Positions 59,468 to 64,000 of a stretch of DNA of 64,000 nt are shown piece after piece; position 1 is the first letter of the stretch, and each line of letters begins with the position of its first letter. This stretch comes from Desulfosudaceae bacterium (GTDB lineage Bacteria > Desulfobacterota > Desulfobacteria > Desulfobacterales > Desulfosudaceae). Below the pieces are notes generated by a model. It did not search any database, had not been told where the DNA came from, and saw nothing but the letters and a program-made list of their open reading frames with translations. The stretch is from contig CAXXDV010000003.1 of assembly GCA_963674745.2 (NCBI GenBank), positions 1,088,001 through 1,152,000 on the forward strand, given 5' to 3'. A program made the translations under genes and the position numbers.

Positions 59468-59817
59468 TGTTCTTTCCCAGCCAAACGCGGGCTTTTCTGG
59501 TGATGGGTCATACGGATATGAGAAAATCCATCAATGGCCTGTCCATTATGGTGGAAGGCCAGATTGAACTTGACCCGTTTTCCGGCCATTTATTTGTTTT
59601 TTGCAATCGGCGTCGAACGATCCTCAAAATATTATACTGGCATCGGAACGGTTTTTGTCTATGGCACAAGCGTCTGGAGAAAGAAAAATTTCGCTGGCCA
59701 GAGTCGTATGATGAGGTTATGGAGATCGGTTCCCGGCGTTTGGGGTGGTTGCTGGACGGACTTGAGATTACCCAGGTTCGGGGACATGATAGGCTTCAAT
59801 ATTCCACAGTCATTTAA
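59464..59817 (+). CDS. tnpB: IS66 accessory protein TnpB
   Basis: TDMRKSINGL, DPFSGHLFVFCNRRR, KRLE..F.WP. Confidence 0.95.
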   Translation: MMFFPSQTRAFLVMGHTDMRKSINGLSIMVEGQIELDPFSGHLFVFCNRRRTILKILYWHRNGFCLWHKRLEKEKFRWPESYDEVMEIGSRRLGWLLDGLEITQVRGHDRLQYSTVI

Positions 59818-59885
59818 GTAAAAAATTACTACATAATCATAAAACAGGCTTGACATTGCATGATGGTTTTGTTATGTAAACCATT

Positions 59886-61478
59886 ATGAACAGTGAGTCT
59901 GCACAACTTCAGAATACCATAAAAGATCTCAATAAAGTCATTCAGTCAGACAATGAATTGATTCAATTTCAGCATACCCGTATTGAGCATTTAGAAAAAC
60001 AGAATCGTCTTCTAAGAGCCAAGCTGTTCGGCAAAAAATCAGAAAAGCACATAATTGACACCGATGACAAGCAGATGACCCTGTTTGACGAGGCCGAGGA
60101 TATTGCTGAAGATGCCGACGAAAAAGAAGAAAAGATAGCGGTTACCGGGCATTCCAGGAAAAAAGGCGGTCGCAAGCCCCTGCCTGATGACCTGCCGCGC
60201 ATAGACGTTATTCACGATATTCCGGAAGAAGAAAAGATGTGCGCCTGCGGCTGTGAAATGAGCCGTATCGGCAAAGACATTTCCGAGAAACTGGATGTTA
60301 TTCCGGCCAAAGTACAGGTTATTCGCCATATTCGATACAAATACGCTTGCAAACAATGTGAAGGCGTAGAATCCGAACAAGGAGCAGTCAAGACAGCGCC
60401 GCTACCGCCGCAACTTATTCCGCAAAGCATCGCCACACCGGGCCTGATAGCCCATATCCTGACAGCCAAGTTTGCCGACAGCCTGCCGTTTTACCGCCAG
60501 GAAAAGCAGTTTACCCGGATCGGGGTCGATCTTCCCCGGGCTACCATGGCCAACTGGACCATTCAGGCGGCAAAAAGGTGTCAGCCCTTGATTGACGGCC
60601 TATGCCAAGAGATCCGATCCGGTCCATTGATCGGCATGGATGAAACCACGGTTCAGGTTTTGAATGAGCCCGGCCGGAATAATACCAGCAAATCCTATAT
60701 GTGGGTTTTCCGCGGAGGTGATCCGGATAAACCGGCGCTGATCTATCAATATCACCCCACGCGATCCGGAGAGGTTCCTAAGAATTTCATAAACGGCTAC
60801 GAGGGCTATATCCAGACTGATGGTTATAAAGGTTATAACAGCCTGGAGCAAGCCTCCAATATTATTCACATCGGCTGCTGGGCGCACGCACGCCGTAAGT
60901 TTCATGAAGTGATTAAGGCCCGTCAGCCGGTAAAAAAAGGGAAGCCGCAGAAACCCGGCAGCGCGGAAAAGGCCATGAGTTTCATCGGCAAACTGTACCA
61001 AGTGGAAAGCCGAGCCGATAAAGCGGAACTTTCCCCGGATCAACGGCGCGAGCTTCGACAGGCTGAGGTCTTGCCAATCTTGGAATCTTTTAAAAAGTGG
61101 CTGGACAAACGCAGTCAACAGACACCGCCTCAAGGACTGCTGGGAAAAGCCATCAATTACACTCTGGACCAATGGGACCGGCTGACCGGCTATGTTCAGG
61201 ACGGACGTCTGCGACCCGATAACAACCTGGTGGAGAACGCCATTCGGCCCTTTGTTTTGGGACGAAAGAACTGGTTATTTTCCGGGCATCCCCGGGGTGC
61301 GGCCGCCAGCGCCGCCATCTTCAGCCTGATCGAAACGGCCAAGGCGAACGGGCTGGAACCTTATGCGTACTTGCGATATATCTTTGAGCAGCTTCCACTG
61401 ATCGACGGTGATCCGGAAGAATACAAGAAACTACTGCCGCAAAACCTCGATCCGGCCGTTCTGGGTAGCCCGGCTTGA
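59886..61478 (+). CDS. tnpC: IS66 DDE transposase TnpC
   Basis: LFGKKSEK, zinc ribbon, LPFYRQ, MDET, QTDGY, CWAHARRKF, DNNLVENAIR, GRKNWLF. Confidence 0.96.
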   Translation: MNSESAQLQNTIKDLNKVIQSDNELIQFQHTRIEHLEKQNRLLRAKLFGKKSEKHIIDTDDKQMTLFDEAEDIAEDADEKEEKIAVTGHSRKKGGRKPLPDDLPRIDVIHDIPEEEKMCACGCEMSRIGKDISEKLDVIPAKVQVIRHIRYKYACKQCEGVESEQGAVKTAPLPPQLIPQSIATPGLIAHILTAKFADSLPFYRQEKQFTRIGVDLPRATMANWTIQAAKRCQPLIDGLCQEIRSGPLIGMDETTVQVLNEPGRNNTSKSYMWVFRGGDPDKPALIYQYHPTRSGEVPKNFINGYEGYIQTDGYKGYNSLEQASNIIHIGCWAHARRKFHEVIKARQPVKKGKPQKPGSAEKAMSFIGKLYQVESRADKAELSPDQRRELRQAEVLPILESFKKWLDKRSQQTPPQGLLGKAINYTLDQWDRLTGYVQDGRLRPDNNLVENAIRPFVLGRKNWLFSGHPRGAAASAAIFSLIETAKANGLEPYAYLRYIFEQLPLIDGDPEEYKKLLPQNLDPAVLGSPA

Positions 61479-61510
61479 CGGGGTGGGGTTAACTTGACGC
61501 TTACGGGATA

Positions 61511-61726
61511 ATGAAGAAAATAATAGAACGACATTTGCCAGAAGTCGGAACCATACTTAATGGAAAATTTAAGGGGAAAGAATAAACGGCAAAAATAGTT
61601 AAGGACAAAAATTCGGTAACTGGACGAGGCATAAAATACAACAACAAAATTTATAAAAGCATGACGGCAGCAGCAAAAGCTGTTACAAAACAATCTGTTA
61701 ATGGCTGGCGATTCTGGAAATTTTGA
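61511..61726 (+). pseudogene. Stand-alone RAMA-domain (DUF4357/DUF2924-like) gene with internal stop (not in ORF track)
   Basis: MKKIIERHLPEVGTILNGKFKGKE*TAKIV...IKYNNKIYKSMTAAAKAVTKQSVNGWRFWKF*; the S..AAA...NGW.FW pattern is the RAMA signature. Confidence 0.75.
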
Positions 61727-61810
61727 TTTTAGTTGTAATAGCTCAAGCTGGATCTAATATATGTCAGTTTTGAGTAGGTGTCTGTCAGATTAAGTCTGAA
61801 CTATCCCAAC

Positions 61811-62860
61811 TTAGAACTCTACTTTTGCAATCCCTTCGTTAAAGGCAAAAACTTTTATTGCATTATCAATAATCAAATGGTTTCCGCTGGTGTTTACATA
61901 GCCGTTCTGGCCTGACAGTTTTATAGGCGCAATACCTTCTGAAAAATCGTCCATATCGTCAAACTTGAAATCAATGACCAGCTTATTGTCCTTATCAATT
62001 ACGCCCCATTTTCTGTTCTTTCGAACAGGCGCAAGCCCTTCATGAAAACTTTTGGCATCTTCATATTGTGGCTTTATAATTTGTTTACCTTCGCGATCAA
62101 TATAGCCGAAGAAAATATCTTCTCCCTGATCTCTAATACCAACCAGTCCGTAGCCGTCTGAAAAGGACTCAGCCAAAGCATATTTTTCTTTATTAAGCGG
62201 AATAATGCTCCCCTTTTTTTCCAGGTGGGGAAAGCGAATTTTTAGAAATTTCCAGCTATCTATAAAATCATAACCGTCTTCTTCAACACAGGCTATTCCC
62301 TCTTCAATTTTTAAAGCATTATAAAATCCCGAAAGACGACTATTTATGTCCCCATTTTGATTGATATAACTCATTTCTCCACCTGAGCCGGAAAAACTAA
62401 CAGCTGCCAACCCCCCTGAAAAAACATCAGCCCGCTTATATTTCGGTGGGATTATAACCTTACCATTAAGATCTATATAGCCCCATGCCGACTTTCCATG
62501 CGTCCTGTCGTACATTTTAACCGGAGCAAGAGCGTCATCTTTGATTTCGCTGAAATTTTTGGCGTCTTCGTATATAAAGTCTAAAAACAGATTTCCCTTT
62601 TGGTCGATGAAGCCCCATCGTTTATTCAGTTGAACCAAGGCCAGGCAGAACAGTGATGGACCATTTTTGCTCGAAAGCATTATTTTAAAGAATGACAATG
62701 CGTTTTCATAATTTGGCTGTATGGCAATTTCTCCGTCCTTTTTAATGAATCCCCATTTGCCATCTACTTTAATCGGGGCAAGGCCTTGAGAAAAATCACG
62801 AGCATCATCAAACTTTTTATCGTTTATATACTCGGCGGATTTGTTAATAAACTTGTACAT
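61811..62860 (-). CDS. WG-repeat (KWG) protein
   Basis: Repeated FSxGLAxV..xKWG(F/Y)ID..G...I...(Y/F); RBS GGAGG; no obvious signal peptide. Confidence 0.9.
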   Translation of the reverse strand: MYKFINKSAEYINDKKFDDARDFSQGLAPIKVDGKWGFIKKDGEIAIQPNYENALSFFKIMLSSKNGPSLFCLALVQLNKRWGFIDQKGNLFLDFIYEDAKNFSEIKDDALAPVKMYDRTHGKSAWGYIDLNGKVIIPPKYKRADVFSGGLAAVSFSGSGGEMSYINQNGDINSRLSGFYNALKIEEGIACVEEDGYDFIDSWKFLKIRFPHLEKKGSIIPLNKEKYALAESFSDGYGLVGIRDQGEDIFFGYIDREGKQIIKPQYEDAKSFHEGLAPVRKNRKWGVIDKDNKLVIDFKFDDMDDFSEGIAPIKLSGQNGYVNTSGNHLIIDNAIKVFAFNEGIAKVEF

Positions 62861-62875
62861 ATTCCCTCCATGCTA

Positions 62876-64000
62876 TTAGATAACGCCCATAGCAAAAGCC
62901 ACAACTTTTTCAAGTTGGCGTTCTGTCGCTTTTTGCATTTCTTTTTTTATGTAGCCCTCATTTTGAGTGTGGTCAATTTCATATATCTCTTTAAGGCGAA
63001 AGGACTCGATGCGATTTTTGTCGTCTTTAAAATATGAATTGAAAATTTCCTTTTTTTCGTGAGATTCCTTGTTATAATACGTAGAATTTCTGCCGGCAGT
63101 TAATAACGCCAAATTCCATATCCCGTCTATATCTTCTACTTGTTTTTTACTCTTTCCCTCGTCGTTTCTTGGAGATTGTGGCAGAATATGCTCTACGCTG
63201 GTTCGTTGCGTGAACCGCATATAGTGCTTATTTTGGGAGTCACTGAAGGCCTCTTTCGCCAGAAGATAGTCAATAAGATTTAAAAGGTAAGGAATGTACC
63301 GTTTGCCGTAACTGTATCCCTTCATTTCCTCAAGCCTCTGGTTTTTGTCCCTGTAGTCTGCAGGGAAAAAGGCATTAATTCGGTCACGTTCAGTGGATTC
63401 CATGTGCTCTAACAATTTACTCCATGAGAAGCTGAAAACCGGTTCTTTTTCTTTTAAGTTGAAATTTATTAGCATAAAACTAGCAGCCTCTAGAAGCCAT
63501 GTGTAATTTTCAAGGGTACTTCCAAGCAGCGAATCCTGCAATAATCGACATTTTCCCCGGGACGATTCTTTATCTTCGTCCGGTTTGATTAGTCTTTTCC
63601 TCTTACCGTCACTGTCATTCTCATACCGCATATCTGGAGGCTGTTCATGCCCATCGTCAGTAGGTATGATTACAAATTGATCTAGACAAAGGCGCAATGT
63701 ATGCAGGAGGTAAATAAACATCACTATGTTTTGCTTTTCATTGCCTTCTTTGATTACGACGTTTTCAATATCTTTGACGGTAACGCGATTCCAGGTTGTG
63801 GAGTCCGAAGTGCGGATAATTGTGGACGATGATTCGATTGCCTGCTCACATCGCCCAAGACGTATTCCATTTATCCATAGATCATAAGCAAGTACCACCA
63901 GTTTCCAGCCAGTGAGAATGGGAGGCGCATAGTGGCCATTATCTTCATAAGGAACATTCGACTCAGGAGTTTCGTTTTTTATATCCTCAAGTATATCCGA
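62876..64000 (-). CDS. DUF1524/GmrD-like HNH C-terminus, probably of a DUF262 (GmrSD) protein (5' partial)
   Basis: SVEHILPQS..IDGIWNLALLT..NS..YNK; frame is open to the window edge. Confidence 0.75.
   Translation of the reverse strand, partial: SDILEDIKNETPESNVPYEDNGHYAPPILTGWKLVVLAYDLWINGIRLGRCEQAIESSSTIIRTSDSTTWNRVTVKDIENVVIKEGNEKQNIVMFIYLLHTLRLCLDQFVIIPTDDGHEQPPDMRYENDSDGKRKRLIKPDEDKESSRGKCRLLQDSLLGSTLENYTWLLEAASFMLINFNLKEKEPVFSFSWSKLLEHMESTERDRINAFFPADYRDKNQRLEEMKGYSYGKRYIPYLLNLIDYLLAKEAFSDSQNKHYMRFTQRTSVEHILPQSPRNDEGKSKKQVEDIDGIWNLALLTAGRNSTYYNKESHEKKEIFNSYFKDDKNRIESFRLKEIYEIDHTQNEGYIKKEMQKATERQLEKVVAFAMGVI

Larger units (their letters stand above)
59053..61504 (+). mobile_element. IS66 family insertion sequence, apparently intact
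   Basis: Terminal IRs GTAAGCGTCAAATTAACCCCA / TGGGGTTAACTTGACGCTTAC; 8-bp target duplication GGGATAAT at 59045-59052 and 61505-61512; tnpA-tnpB-tnpC. Confidence 0.97.

Noticed and set aside
1..64000. tRNA, rRNA, prophage structural genes, RAYT transposase
   Set aside because: None recognised by eye; tRNAscan-SE and HMM searches would be needed to exclude them fully.

Overview
Bacterial chromosomal window. The ahbC-hemB-ahbD heme genes, tetraheme cytochrome c3 and lipid-catabolism genes point to a sulfate-reducing Desulfobacterota relative (inference). It has three zones. (1) 1-7.3 kb is housekeeping: pilY1 3' part, alternative heme synthesis operon and a ClpX-like ATPase. (2) About 7.5-47.4 kb holds mostly single genes separated by composite repeat modules: GTAG-tagged REP doublets and tandem arrays of 108 and 86 bp, CGTC-tagged palindromes and 7/8-mer tandem repeats. 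Genes here include a WYL regulator, Hsp70-TPR, two AAA_14/DUF4143 ATPases, AbiE and MNT-HEPN toxin-antitoxin pairs, and a mosaic of DUF1016 and KilA-N fragments behind a repeated structured leader. (3) About 47.5-64 kb is a REP-free, AT-richer defence island: ADP-ribosylglycohydrolase, three tandem HNH nucleases with different N-terminal modification-reader domains, PLD-SNF2 helicase plus N6-adenine MTase, an IS66 inserted at the start of a RAMA-domain pseudogene, a WG-repeat protein and a GmrSD-like gene. Best leads: the triple-HNH panel; a shared TGTGAC-N7-GTCACA operator with PafBC-like promoter spacing that suggests a dispersed WYL regulon; in-frame DNA palindromes forming the variable region of DUF1016 genes; and a repeated three-hairpin leader fused to different cargo genes. 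No rRNA, tRNA or CRISPR array was seen. All family assignments come from motif recognition, not database searches.
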